Positions 20,246 to 30,478 of a stretch of 64,000 nt of DNA are shown here, piece after piece. The position numbers and the translations under genes were made by a program. Under the pieces are notes generated by a model that made no database searches, had not been told where the DNA came from, and worked only from the letters and a program-made list of their open reading frames with translations. The stretch is from contig CAWGZJ010000005.1 in assembly GCA_963826975.1 (NCBI GenBank), positions 302,959-366,958 of the forward strand, written 5' to 3'. This DNA comes from an uncultured Alphaproteobacteria bacterium. Lineage in GTDB: Bacteria; Pseudomonadota; Alphaproteobacteria; Acetobacterales; Acetobacteraceae. The first letter of the stretch is position 1. The number at the start of each line of letters is the position of its first letter.

Positions 20246-21256
20246 ATGCACCTCGCCCGGTTTCCCCGCGCCCGCATGTTTCCCACCCCGACGCCGCTCG
20301 AGCGGCTGGACAACCTGACCCGCGCGCTGGGCGGGCCGGAGATCTGGATCAAGCGCGACGACTGCACGGTCGTGGCGACCGGCGGCAACAAAATTCGAAA
20401 ACTGGAGTATCTGGTCGGCGAGGCCCGCGCCCAGGGCGCCGACCACCTCGTGACCCAGGGCGCCGTGCAGTCCAACCACGTGCGCCAGACCGCCGCGGTG
20501 GCACGCCGCTTCGGCATGAAGTGCACTGCGCTGCTCGAGCACCGGATCGAGACCAACGACCGCGACTACCTCAACAGCGGCAACGTGCTGCTGGACCGGC
20601 TGTTCGACTGCGCGATCGAGTATCGCCCCGCCGGCCTCGACATGAACGCCGAGGCCGAGGCCAAGGGCGCCGCCCTGCGCGAGGCCGGCGCCAAGCCGTA
20701 CGTGATCCCGGGCGGCGGCTCGAACACTGTCGGCGCGCTCGGCTATGTCGGCTGCGCCCAGGAACTGATGCAGCAAGCCGACGAGATGGGCCTGAAGATC
20801 GACCGCATCGTCACGGCGACCGGCAGCGCGGGGACGCAGGCGGGCCTGGTGGTCGGCCTGCAAGGCTGCAACGCCGGCGTGCCCGTGCTGGGCATCGGCG
20901 TGCGCCTGCCGAAAGACCGCCAGGAAGCCAACGTGCACCGCCTTGCCGAGGCAACCGCCGAATTCGTCGGCGTGCGCGGCGGCATCCCCCGCGCCGCGGT
21001 CGAGGCGAACTGCGACTACGTGGGCCCCGGCTACGGCCAGCCGACCCCCGGCATGATCGATGCGGTCCTGATGCTATCGCGCCAGGAGGGCCTGCTGCTC
21101 GACCCGGTCTATTCCGGCAAGGCAATGGCCGGAATGATCGACCTCATCCGCAAAGGCACGATCGGCAAAACCGAGACGGTAGTCTTCCTGCACACCGGCG
21201 GTGCCGTCGGCCTATTCGGCTACGCAGGCATCTTCGAGCAAGCAATGGGCGTGTGA
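20246..21256 (+). CDS. PLP-dependent D-cysteine desulfhydrase / ACC deaminase family protein
   Basis: [14 protein letters not shown]-lysine motif and family-wide conservation. Confidence 0.75.
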   Translation: MHLARFPRARMFPTPTPLERLDNLTRALGGPEIWIKRDDCTVVATGGNKIRKLEYLVGEARAQGADHLVTQGAVQSNHVRQTAAVARRFGMKCTALLEHRIETNDRDYLNSGNVLLDRLFDCAIEYRPAGLDMNAEAEAKGAALREAGAKPYVIPGGGSNTVGALGYVGCAQELMQQADEMGLKIDRIVTATGSAGTQAGLVVGLQGCNAGVPVLGIGVRLPKDRQEANVHRLAEATAEFVGVRGGIPRAAVEANCDYVGPGYGQPTPGMIDAVLMLSRQEGLLLDPVYSGKAMAGMIDLIRKGTIGKTETVVFLHTGGAVGLFGYAGIFEQAMGV

Positions 21257-21261
21257 CTCCA

Positions 21262-21340
21262 GCTTAACTACTCCCCCTCCCCTTGAGGGAGGGGGTTGGG
21301 GGGAGGGGTCGGCGCACAATCGGGGGAGGGGTCGGCGCAC
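21262..21340. repeat. Palindromic repeat family B (CTCCCCTTGAGGGAGGGGGTTGGGGGGAGGGGTC), copy 2
   Basis: Other copies at 505-536+1875-1992 (split by IS481), 57676-57785 and 60956-61078. Confidence 0.8.
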
Positions 21341-21429
21341 AATCAGGCGAAGCATCACCACCCCAAACCGAGAACCACCAACACCCACCGCACCCGCCTC
21401 ATCCCGACCCACAAACCGGGGGAAACGCC

Positions 21430-22596
21430 ATGCTGAAAAGCGACACACGCATCCTGACCACACACACCGGCAGCCTGCCGCGCCCACCGGCGCTCACCGA
21501 ACTCTACGTCCAACGCAGCCACGGACAACCAGTAGACCCCGCCGCCCTCGACGCACTAGGCAAAGCCGCCCTAACCGACGTAGTCCGCAAACAGCTCGCC
21601 GCCGGGATCGACATCGGCAACAACGGCGAGCAGCAGCGCGAGGCCTTCTTCCTATACGTCCTCCGCCGCATGAGCGGCTTCGGCGGCGGCTGGACCCGGC
21701 GCACCATGGCCGACATCACGCGCTACCCCGGCTACGCCGCCGCAACCGGCGTGGACGACACCGGCAAGCGCGTGGTGAGCAATCGCGGCCGCCTGCCGCA
21801 GGCGGTGGCCGAGGTGCGCTACCTCGATCGAGCGCTGATCGACGCGGAATGCGCCGACTTCCGCGCCACCCTCGACGCCGCGGGAGGCGGATTCGCAGAG
21901 CCATTCATGACCGCCCCATCTCCCGGCATCATCGCTGCCGCGATGGCGAATGCCTGGTACGACACCGACGCCGCCTACCTGACCGCCCTCGGGCAGGCAC
22001 TGCGCATCGAGTATGAGGCAATCGTGCAAGCCGGGTTCCTGCTGCAGATCGACGCGCCGGACCTCGCGCTGGAGCGCCACGTCTCCTACCAGGACCGCCC
22101 GCTCGCGGACTTCGTAGCCTTCGCCGAAAACGTCGTAGCCACCATCAACGCGGCACTGGTGAACGTGCCGCGCGACCGGGTGCGCATGCATGTGTGCTGG
22201 GGCAACTACGAGGCACCACACGACTGCGACGTCGAACTCCGAGAAATCCTGCCCGCGATCAAGCAGGCGCATGTCGGCGGCTTCGTGCTGCCCTTCGCCA
22301 ATCCCCGCCACGCACACGAGCACCGCTGCCTGGCCGAGCTGCCCCTCGATGCCGGCCAGGTCATCGTCGCCGGCGTGATCGACCCCCTGACCAACTTCGT
22401 CGAACACCCCGAAGTCGTTGCCGACCGCATCGAGGCGGTCGCGCGCGCGGTCGGCGACCCAACGCGCGTGCTGGCGGGAACCGACTGCGGCTTCGACACC
22501 TCGGCCGGCCGCGGCCGGGTGGCTGACGACGTAGTCTGGGCCAAGCTGACCGCACTACGCGACGGCGCCAGGATAGCCTCACAAAGACTATTCTAA
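21430..22596 (+). CDS. Cobalamin-independent methionine synthase (MetE C-terminal domain)-like protein
   Basis: MLKSDTRILTTHTGSLPRP... and zinc-ligand context typical of the MetE-like UROD/MetE superfamily. Confidence 0.65.
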   Translation: MLKSDTRILTTHTGSLPRPPALTELYVQRSHGQPVDPAALDALGKAALTDVVRKQLAAGIDIGNNGEQQREAFFLYVLRRMSGFGGGWTRRTMADITRYPGYAAATGVDDTGKRVVSNRGRLPQAVAEVRYLDRALIDAECADFRATLDAAGGGFAEPFMTAPSPGIIAAAMANAWYDTDAAYLTALGQALRIEYEAIVQAGFLLQIDAPDLALERHVSYQDRPLADFVAFAENVVATINAALVNVPRDRVRMHVCWGNYEAPHDCDVELREILPAIKQAHVGGFVLPFANPRHAHEHRCLAELPLDAGQVIVAGVIDPLTNFVEHPEVVADRIEAVARAVGDPTRVLAGTDCGFDTSAGRGRVADDVVWAKLTALRDGARIASQRLF

Positions 22597-22802
22597 CTTA
22601 ACCTCTCCCGCCCTTACGCGGGAGAGGTCGAGGCGCAAAGCGCCAAGGGTGAGGGTGCCCCCCACCACCACCCCATCAACAGCCGCCCACCACAGCTTAC
22701 TGATCCCCGGCAGGGCGGAAAAGCGAAGCGCCTACCGCCTCTCTCACCCCATTGCCGCGTTCAAGGACGATATCGCCAACCGGTGCTTCCCACGCAACCG
22801 CC

Positions 22803-23525
22803 TCAGGCCGGCGATCGCAGCAAGGCCAGCGTCTCCTCCGGCTCCGGCCGGCGCGTGTAGTCCGGGTCCGCCTCGATCCCCAATACCGCGCCGCCTCTCG
22901 CCAGCACAACGCGGGCCGGCACCGGCAAGCGCCAACTGCTGTCGCCGTCGAACGTCGGCAGGTCAATGCCAAAGCGGGCGTAGATCTTGATCAGGTCATC
23001 AGGCAACTGCATCGCGATGCCATAGGCTTCGGCCACCTTGTTGCCGGCGTCGAACAGCAAATCGAAACCCAGCTTCATCTGCGCGCGCATCTCCAGCGAG
23101 ATCGCCGGCAGTTGCGGCGAGATCACCACCAGTTCGGCGCCGAGAGCGTGAATATCCGGAAGTACTGCGTTCAGAGCTGACAGCTCATGTCGGCAGTAGG
23201 GTCACCATCGGCCTCGGAAGAACGAGACCAACAGCGGTCCACGCGCCACCAGCGCGGCCGAGGACACATCCACCCCGTCCTGGTTGGCCAACGTGAACGC
23301 CGGACCGGGCTGGCCCGGCTTCGGCATGCGCGCCTGAAAGCCCGAGGCACGCTGGTCCGCGGTCACGCGATGCATGATCTTCAGGTCGTCGGGCGATATC
23401 CGGCCCGGCTTGGTGCCGTCGCCTTCCCCCGCGCGGCGGATTGTGTCGAGCGCATCCTTGAGCGAGGCCATCGGCACTCCTTCCCCAATGCGCCGAACGT
23501 TAGGCCGCCCGACGGCTCCCGGCAA
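22803..23525 (-). CDS. Peroxiredoxin-like (AhpC/TSA thioredoxin-fold) protein with an in-frame TGA at the first Cys of the WCPYC motif (W-TGA-PYC): candidate selenoprotein or TGC-to-TGA pseudogene
   Basis: ORF 23202..23525 ends ...LLVSFFRGRW at TGA (23202-23204). The same frame continues PYCRHELSALNAVLPDIHALGAELVVISPQ... into ORF 22803..23129, and both halves match the peroxiredoxin-like family continuously. Confidence 0.5.
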
Positions 23526-23660
23526 GATCGGCCCTTCCGGGTCGACCTTCCGGGGTCACGCGCCCATTCCTCGTGCCGCCGTCGCGAAGGAAGAGTTTTA
23601 GCGCGGACGCAAGCGACCCTGGCGCAAGCGACCCGGGCGCAAGCGACCGGGCGCAAGCGC

Positions 23661-24062
23661 TCAGGCGCGCCAGAACGGCTTGTTCGCCTCAGCCTCGGCT
23701 TCGGTGAAGCTGACGCCGATGTCCTTCAACGTGTCCGCATCCAGTTGGCGGATGCGCTGGCGAGACCGGTGACGTTGCCACATGGCACTGACGCGCTGCC
23801 GGATCGACGGCCCGGTGGCGCGCGGCGACCGGCGCCGGCGCGACCCACCGTCCCACGGAAAACGGTCCATCTCGGCCAGCGCTGCACCGCGCGTGACGCC
23901 GATATCGGCGAGCATATGGTCGTCAAGCTCCGCCAGCTCGTTACGCGTGACAGCATTGCGCCAGGTGTGGTTGGCGACCCGCGTCATCGCGCCCCATGTG
24001 GAGCGCACAAGGTCGAGCCAGGGAGTGTGTGCGGCATGGGCCGCATGCGAGCGTAACAGCAT
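23661..24062 (-). CDS. DUF1127-like protein (two LxDIGxxR repeats)
   Basis: DHMLADIGVTRGAA and DTLKDIGVSFTEAE motifs; divergent from a LysR gene, as is common. Confidence 0.55.
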   Translation of the reverse strand: MLLRSHAAHAAHTPWLDLVRSTWGAMTRVANHTWRNAVTRNELAELDDHMLADIGVTRGAALAEMDRFPWDGGSRRRRSPRATGPSIRQRVSAMWQRHRSRQRIRQLDADTLKDIGVSFTEAEAEANKPFWRA

Positions 24063-24183
24063 CGGACCCTCCTTCTTGCTGTTTGGCCAACCGGGTGGTT
24101 GGCCTGTGTGACAGGCAGCAATATGGGGTCGAATTAGCAATCAGTAAAACGACTTGTATTTATGTCCGCCATCAATAATATTG

Positions 24184-25104
24184 ATGCCCATGAGCATGCC
24201 CCACGCGCTTGATGCCGATCTCTTGCGAGCCTTCGTGCTGGTCGCCGAACGCCGCAGCTTCACCGAGGCCGCCGAGATGGTGGGCCGCACCCAATCCGCC
24301 GTGTCGATGCAGATCAAGCGCCTCGAGGAGACTTTGGGCCAAAAGGTCCTGAACCGCGGCAAGGGCGGCGACGTCGAGCTGACACCGCACGGGGACATCC
24401 TGCTCACCCATGCAAGGCAGATCCTGACGCTGAACGACGAGGTCATGGCGCTGTTCCGCGCCCCGGCACTCGCCGGCACGGTGCGGCTGGGCACACCGGA
24501 CGATTACGCGTTCGGCTACCTGCCACCGATCCTGAAGCGCTTCTCGGACACCCACCCGGCGGTGCAGGTGGATGTGCTGTGCGCGCCGTCGAATGAACTG
24601 ATCAAACGCCTGAAGGAGGACGATCTCGACCTGACGCTGACCTCGGAAGGCCATGAGCCCAGGCACTGGCCGACGGTGCAGTTGTGGCGTGGACCGCTGG
24701 TGTGGGTGACGTCATCACGGTATGCGCCACACCGGCTGGACCCACTGCCACTGGCGCTGGCGCAAGCCGGCACCAACGCGTCGCACAACTGCGACTGGGC
24801 GCGCGCCGCGATGACCGCGCTGGACCATGCCGGGCGGCGTTATCGGCTGGCCTATTCGTCGGGATCCCAGGTCGGCACGCACGCACCGGTGCTGGCGGGG
24901 CTGGCAGTGACGGTGTCCACCCTGTCGTGGCTGCCCGACGGCCTGCGGCCAATGCGCGCGGACGAGGGGCTGCCGCCATTGCCGGAGTTCGGGATTCTGC
25001 TGCTGAAGGGCCGCCACCCGCGCCAGCCGATGACCAACGCGCTGGCGCTGGAGATCGAGGCGGGATTCCGTGCGGTCGGGCTGCAGCGGGCCAAGGCGGC
25101 GTGA
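24184..25104 (+). CDS. LysR family transcriptional regulator
   Basis: N-terminal HTH LRAFVLVAERRSFTEAAEMVGRTQSAVSMQIKRLEE and LysR substrate-binding domain. Confidence 0.85.
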   Translation: MPMSMPHALDADLLRAFVLVAERRSFTEAAEMVGRTQSAVSMQIKRLEETLGQKVLNRGKGGDVELTPHGDILLTHARQILTLNDEVMALFRAPALAGTVRLGTPDDYAFGYLPPILKRFSDTHPAVQVDVLCAPSNELIKRLKEDDLDLTLTSEGHEPRHWPTVQLWRGPLVWVTSSRYAPHRLDPLPLALAQAGTNASHNCDWARAAMTALDHAGRRYRLAYSSGSQVGTHAPVLAGLAVTVSTLSWLPDGLRPMRADEGLPPLPEFGILLLKGRHPRQPMTNALALEIEAGFRAVGLQRAKAA

Positions 25105-25254
25105 CAGCGACGTCGATCCATTCTTCGATACCGACAACCCGCGCTTCAGTGGGCTGTGATATCTTGGCGTCTTGGCGGTTCAACTAACGCGGCGACCGTA
25201 ACGGCGCGAAGCACATCGTAGCGATTTTGCCATGACGCAAAGGCCGAGCACCGC

Positions 25255-26031
25255 ATGGCAACCCCCGAAGTGTTGTCGTATTACGCCGACCAGGGAGACG
25301 TGACGGACCCACGGGAACACGCGCGCATGTTTGATGAGGTCCCACGCGACATCGCCGGACTGTGCTGCGTCGCTCAGGGGTTGGTTGTCCACGCCGGATG
25401 GGCTCGTGCCTACGGGATCGTACCGACCGATGAGCGTTTGCAGGCGTTGTCGAGCCGATCGGTGGCCGAACAGCTTCGCTACATCCAGGCGGCGGACGAT
25501 CGACCGCTCGCGGTGCCTCGTCCGGTGTCGTCGCGCCTGCTCGGGTCGTGCCGTGACTTCGCCCTGCTGGTGTGCGGGGTGCTGCGGCACCACGGTGTTC
25601 CCGCCCGTGTGAGATGCGGTTTCGCAACCTACCTCGGTCCCAATCGCTATGAAGATCATTGGATCTGCGAGCACTGGATGCAACGTCAGAACCGCTGGAG
25701 CATTGTCGATGCGCAGATCGACGCATTGCAGCGCGGTCACCTGAACGTCGCGTTCGATACAACCGACGTGCCGCGCGATCGATTTCTGACGGCGGGGCAG
25801 GTATGGCGGATGTGTCGCGCCGGTGAGGCAACGCCCGCCGATTGCGGTAATGCGGCTGCGACCGGGCTGTGGTTTATCCGCGTGAATGTCGTGCGGGACC
25901 TCCTCGCGCTCACCAAGACGGAGATTTCGCCGTGGGACTCCTGGCGCCAGATAAGCCCGGCGAGTTCGAGCGCTCGACGACGAAACGATCGCCGCATGCG
26001 ACAATCTTGCCAGTATGACACTCGATGCTGA
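25255..26031 (+). CDS. Transglutaminase-like cysteine peptidase domain protein
   Basis: Cys-His-Asp arrangement (SCRDFALL...HWICEHW...IVDAQ). Confidence 0.6.
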   Translation: MATPEVLSYYADQGDVTDPREHARMFDEVPRDIAGLCCVAQGLVVHAGWARAYGIVPTDERLQALSSRSVAEQLRYIQAADDRPLAVPRPVSSRLLGSCRDFALLVCGVLRHHGVPARVRCGFATYLGPNRYEDHWICEHWMQRQNRWSIVDAQIDALQRGHLNVAFDTTDVPRDRFLTAGQVWRMCRAGEATPADCGNAAATGLWFIRVNVVRDLLALTKTEISPWDSWRQISPASSSARRRNDRRMRQSCQYDTRC

Positions 26032-26137
26032 CCGTTGGGGTGAACCGGTCATACCGTCGTCAACCCTGACAGGTACACCGATGCCGCCGTCGTGGCACTG
26101 ACGGCGACTTCCGCCGCGGAAGCCACCAGACTCGGCT

Positions 26138-27010
26138 TCAATGTTGCTTGTCGAGAAAGGCGCGCACGGCAGCAACCGTGGCGGCCGGTTGCTCTTCCAT
26201 GAGCCAATGCCCCGAGCCGGCAATGACCACCTCCTCCACGTCCGTCGCGGCGGCGCGCATGACAACCGCCATGGTCGGTCCGAAGGACTTCTCGCCGCCC
26301 ACCGCCAGCACTGGCATGGTCAGCTTGCCTTTAGCCAGGAAGTCGAGGTTGTCGACGGCGTCCTGATCGAAGGCGGCGAACTGGCTGAAGCCGGCGTGCA
26401 TTGCGCCAGGTTGTGCGTACAGCTTGGCGTAGTGTTCGCGCGCGGCCTCGCCGAACGACTTCGGGTCCGCGGAAAACTCGTTCCAGAAGCGGTCGAGATA
26501 GATGCGTTCGCGTCCGGCGACCAGCCGCTCCATATCCGGGCCGCCGAAGCGGAAATGCCACAGCAGTGGGCTCTTCAGTATTGCCTCCCACGGTCCGATC
26601 CCGGGCAGCGGTGCGTTCATCAAGGCGAACCGGGTTACCCGGTCCAGGTACTGGGCGGCGAACGCGTATCCGACCATATTGCCGATGTCGTGCGTGACGA
26701 GGTCCGCCCGTTCAATCCCCAGCGCGTCGAGAACGCCAGCGACATCCTGGCCCTGCGTCTTCTTGTCGTATCCACTGGCAGGGCGGGCGGACAGCCCCAT
26801 GCCGCGCAGGTCGGGGGCGACAATCGTGTGGTCGCGGGCAAGGTCCACCGCCAGGGGTGCCCACATGTCGCCGGTCTCGCCATAGCCGTGCAACAGGATG
26901 ACCGCCGGTCCCTGGCCGCCGACCCGCACATGCAGGGTCGTGCCATTTGTCTGAATGTCCTCGGTGCGGAACCCGGCAGGAAACGGCTGCACGTCTGTCG
27001 CGACTGGCAT
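26138..27010 (-). CDS. Alpha/beta hydrolase (haloalkane dehalogenase / epoxide hydrolase-like)
   Basis: HGYGETGDMW and nucleophile elbow region; C-terminal SGHW. Confidence 0.8.
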   Translation of the reverse strand: MPVATDVQPFPAGFRTEDIQTNGTTLHVRVGGQGPAVILLHGYGETGDMWAPLAVDLARDHTIVAPDLRGMGLSARPASGYDKKTQGQDVAGVLDALGIERADLVTHDIGNMVGYAFAAQYLDRVTRFALMNAPLPGIGPWEAILKSPLLWHFRFGGPDMERLVAGRERIYLDRFWNEFSADPKSFGEAAREHYAKLYAQPGAMHAGFSQFAAFDQDAVDNLDFLAKGKLTMPVLAVGGEKSFGPTMAVVMRAAATDVEEVVIAGSGHWLMEEQPAATVAAVRAFLDKQH

Positions 27011-27240
27011 GGAACCCCCTTCATGAGGCCCAGGGACCTCAACCGACATATGCCACGCCGTCGGGCTGAATGCTTGCAATTACTTGGCAGTTCGGACCCT
27101 TCGCACCTTAAGCGAACGATCCTGGGTACCATCCGTCTGGTTTTCACCACCAGAGGGTGCGAACCAACCCCACCCCGTGACGCCGGCGGGCATTTGGTGT
27201 TCGATACCCCCAGCAGACCCTAGCATGATCGGAGCGCAAC

Positions 27241-29586
27241 ATGCCCCTCGATGACCGCACCCTGTTGGCAGCCTTGCGCGACCCACGCGCGCCCACCGAC
27301 ATCGCCCGCGACGCCGGCATCCCCATCGCCGAGCTGGAAGCCGCCCGCGACGCCTGGCTGCGCCGCCACGCAACGCTCACCGACCAGCGCATCCAGGCCG
27401 CGGTGACCGGCACGGTAGAGATCAAGCGCGACCGCGCCGGGGTGCCGCACATCTACGCCACCACCACCGCCGACCTGTTCTTCGGCCTCGGTATCGCGAC
27501 GGCACAGGACCGCCTGTGGCAGATCGACCGGCTCCGCCGGCGCGCGCTCGGCCGCCAGGCGGAAGTCCTCGGCTCCGCCTACGTGGCCAGCGACGTGGCC
27601 CACCTGACCGTCGGGCTCGACCTGATCGCCGAGCGCGAGGCCACCGCGATGGACGGCACAACCCGCGCGCTCATCGACCGTTTCGTCGCCGGCATCAACC
27701 GCCAGATCGAGCAGATGGGCACCGACCTCCCGCCGGAATTCCGTGTGCTGGACTACGCCCCGGCGCCCTTCACCGTGCGCGACGTCGTGGCGATCGGCCG
27801 CGGCATCTGGTGGTCGTTGAACGGCCGCATCGACCGCCTGGCCGCGGCCGAGGCCGCCCGCCTGTTGCCGACGGAGGCACTCCGCACTCTCTACCTGACA
27901 CCCGAGGCACCCGAGAACCTCGTGGTCCCCTCCACCATCCTGTCGCGCTCCGGCGGTGTCGGCACCGACGACACCACCGGCAGCAACAACTGGGCGCTGA
28001 ACGCTTCGGTCACCGGCACCGGCCACCCAGTCCTGTGCGGCGATCCGCACCAGCCGTTCTGGGTGCCATCCAGTTGGTACGAATACGCCCTGCACGGCCC
28101 GGACGATGACGCCGCGGGCGCCGGCCATCCCGGCTTCCCCGGCATGTGGTGGGGCTGCAACGGCACCACCGCCTGGTCCATAACTAACAACGCCGCCTCC
28201 ACCCGCGACCTGTACCGCGAGACGGTGCATCCCGACGACCCACGGCGCTACCGCGACGGCGACGCGTGGTACGAATTTACCGAGCGCACTGTAACAATCC
28301 CAGTCCGCAACGAGACCTCGCGCACGCGCACCATCCGGTCCACCGCCCGCGGCCCAGTGGTGAACGAGTTGATCACCCCGGTCACCGAGGGCGGCGATCC
28401 TCCGCTGTCGTTGCGCTGGGTCGGCGCCGAGCACATCGACGACCTGCGCGCCGGCATCGCCATCTCCCGCGCAAAGGACTGGCGCGGGTTCCGCGACGCC
28501 CTGCGCGACTGGTCGATCGCGGTATTCAACTTCGTCTACGCCGATAGCACCGGCAACATCGGCTACCAGATGGCCGGCCGCGTGCCGGTACGCGGGCGCG
28601 TAACCCCCGGCTTCCGCGACGCCGACAACCCGGCCGACCAATGGCAGGGCTACATCCCGTTCGACGGCCTGCCCAGCAGCTACAACCCGGCCCGCGGCTA
28701 TGTCGCCAGCGCCAATCAGCGAATTGTCGCCCCGGACTACCAGCACCCGATCTACGGCGCCTACTCGCAGGGCCATCGCGGCGTGCGCATCGACCAGGAA
28801 TTCGCCGGCAAACGCGGCCTCGACCGCGCGGCAAGCATCCGCTTCCAGAACGACCTAAAGAACTGTCGCGCGGAACGCCTGTGCCCGCACATCCTCCGCC
28901 AGCTTGCCGGCAGCACGGACCCCGAGGTCGCGCAGGTGCGCGCCGCCCTGTCCGGCTGGAACCACCGTTACGACCTGGCAAGTAACGCGCCAACAGTGTT
29001 CGAGACATTCATGGCGCTATGGACGCGTCACGTCCTGGCCGAGCATCTCCCGCCAAGGCTGCTGGACCTGACCTTACAGCAAACCGGCCTGGCAACCAGC
29101 TTGCTGGAGGACCACGCGCCGGACTATTTCGCCTCCGGCACGGCAACGCAGGCTGTCACCGTGGCAAAGCAGGCGGTGGCCTCGCTGCGCGCGCGACTGG
29201 GCGCCGATCCCGCCGGCTGGCAGTGGGAACGCGTGCACATCGCGCATTGGCGCCACCCGCTATCCTCACCGGTGCTAAGCACGGCATTCGATATCGGACC
29301 AGCGCCGGTGGACGGCGGTTCGCACACCGTGCGCAACACCGGCGGTGAACTGCCGCCGCACGGCGCAAGCTCCGGCGCCGAGTATCGCATCGTCGTCGAT
29401 TTCACCGATCCCAGCTCGTTCCTGGCAGTACAGAACATCGGCAATTCCGGCATACCCGGCAGCCCGCACTATCGCGACCAGTTCCATCCGTGGATCGACG
29501 GCACCTACCACAAGGTGCATCTGAAACGCGAAGCCGTAGACCAGGACTGCGTCAACACAACGCGCCTGCTGCCAACCGGGGGATAG
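27241..29586 (+). CDS. Penicillin acylase family (S45 Ntn-hydrolase; AHL acylase-like) protein
   Basis: Conserved GVPHIYA, QDRLWQ and the N-terminal nucleophile context GSNNWA. Confidence 0.85.
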   Translation: MPLDDRTLLAALRDPRAPTDIARDAGIPIAELEAARDAWLRRHATLTDQRIQAAVTGTVEIKRDRAGVPHIYATTTADLFFGLGIATAQDRLWQIDRLRRRALGRQAEVLGSAYVASDVAHLTVGLDLIAEREATAMDGTTRALIDRFVAGINRQIEQMGTDLPPEFRVLDYAPAPFTVRDVVAIGRGIWWSLNGRIDRLAAAEAARLLPTEALRTLYLTPEAPENLVVPSTILSRSGGVGTDDTTGSNNWALNASVTGTGHPVLCGDPHQPFWVPSSWYEYALHGPDDDAAGAGHPGFPGMWWGCNGTTAWSITNNAASTRDLYRETVHPDDPRRYRDGDAWYEFTERTVTIPVRNETSRTRTIRSTARGPVVNELITPVTEGGDPPLSLRWVGAEHIDDLRAGIAISRAKDWRGFRDALRDWSIAVFNFVYADSTGNIGYQMAGRVPVRGRVTPGFRDADNPADQWQGYIPFDGLPSSYNPARGYVASANQRIVAPDYQHPIYGAYSQGHRGVRIDQEFAGKRGLDRAASIRFQNDLKNCRAERLCPHILRQLAGSTDPEVAQVRAALSGWNHRYDLASNAPTVFETFMALWTRHVLAEHLPPRLLDLTLQQTGLATSLLEDHAPDYFASGTATQAVTVAKQAVASLRARLGADPAGWQWERVHIAHWRHPLSSPVLSTAFDIGPAPVDGGSHTVRNTGGELPPHGASSGAEYRIVVDFTDPSSFLAVQNIGNSGIPGSPHYRDQFHPWIDGTYHKVHLKREAVDQDCVNTTRLLPTGG

Positions 29587-29763
29587 TGGCCGAGCAGTCG
29601 AGTTCTCTCCACCCGTCATGGCCGGCCCCCGGGTCAAGCGCCCGAGGACAGGCTCCACCCGTCATGGCCGGCGAAGGCCGGCCATGACGCGGGGTGGGCA
29701 GCGTACGTCAATACTTTCGACCGCTGGTATACCCCTTGCTCGAAGGAATCTATGCTCTGCCGT

Positions 29764-29908
29764 ATGATAGGAAGCAGAGAATCACCACAGAGGCACAGAG
29801 ACACAGAGACACAGAGACACAGAGACACAGAGCAGAAAGAGCAAGTCGTCAGCTGGATATTCTTCTCTGTGTCTCTGTGTCTCTGTGGTGATTCTTTGTT
29901 TCTATCAT
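29764..29908. repeat. MITE family C, copy 4 (internal CAGAGA microsatellite)
   Basis: TIRs ATGATAGGAAGCAGAGAATCACCACAGAGG / CCTCTGTGGTGATTCTTTGTTTCTATCAT. Confidence 0.7.
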
Positions 29909-29966
29909 TCATCGAAAGGACGGATTTCCATGGATAAGTGGTATATAACGCAATGACAGCCAGTGC

Positions 29967-30416
29967 CTACGCCACTGGCCCCAGCCGCTTCCGCAGGAAA
30001 TACCGCGACTGGCCGGGCGGATAATCCTCCAGCACGCCGAATCTCTCATAGCCCAGCTTCTCGTAAAAACCGCTCGCCTGAAACGTGTCCAACCACACGG
30101 AATGGCAATCCTTCCCGCGCGCGCAGTCCTCGGCGGCGGTCATCAGCGCGCGACCGATGCCGCGGCCACGCAGATCGTCGCTGACCCACAGAGCCTGGAC
30201 GAACAACCAGCCCCAAAACAACGCACCGCACAATCCCGCCACGAGTTCCCCCATATCGTCACGCAGCAGCAACGCAAAGCGTTCGGTATCCAGCGGCACG
30301 GTGCGCGCGTTGAACGCATCGATCGCCGCGCCCAGCGCCCGGCGCGTCTCGACCGAGGGGTCCGGATCGAACGCCATATGCAGTCCGCTCGGCAAGCCGG
30401 TTGGGTCGCGCGCCAT
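29967..30416 (-). CDS. GNAT family N-acetyltransferase
   Basis: Motif A region RGRGIGRALM. Confidence 0.7.
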   Translation of the reverse strand: MARDPTGLPSGLHMAFDPDPSVETRRALGAAIDAFNARTVPLDTERFALLLRDDMGELVAGLCGALFWGWLFVQALWVSDDLRGRGIGRALMTAAEDCARGKDCHSVWLDTFQASGFYEKLGYERFGVLEDYPPGQSRYFLRKRLGPVA

Positions 30417-30478
30417 GGGTCCGTCCTGATCGACCATTAGTCATCGTGATGTTATGCCACGCCGGCCTGCGGCGACGA

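Noticed and set aside
22803-23129. Treating the two peroxiredoxin-like ORFs as separate small genes
   Set aside because: Together they reconstruct a single conserved domain with only the TGA between them. Individually neither is a complete fold.
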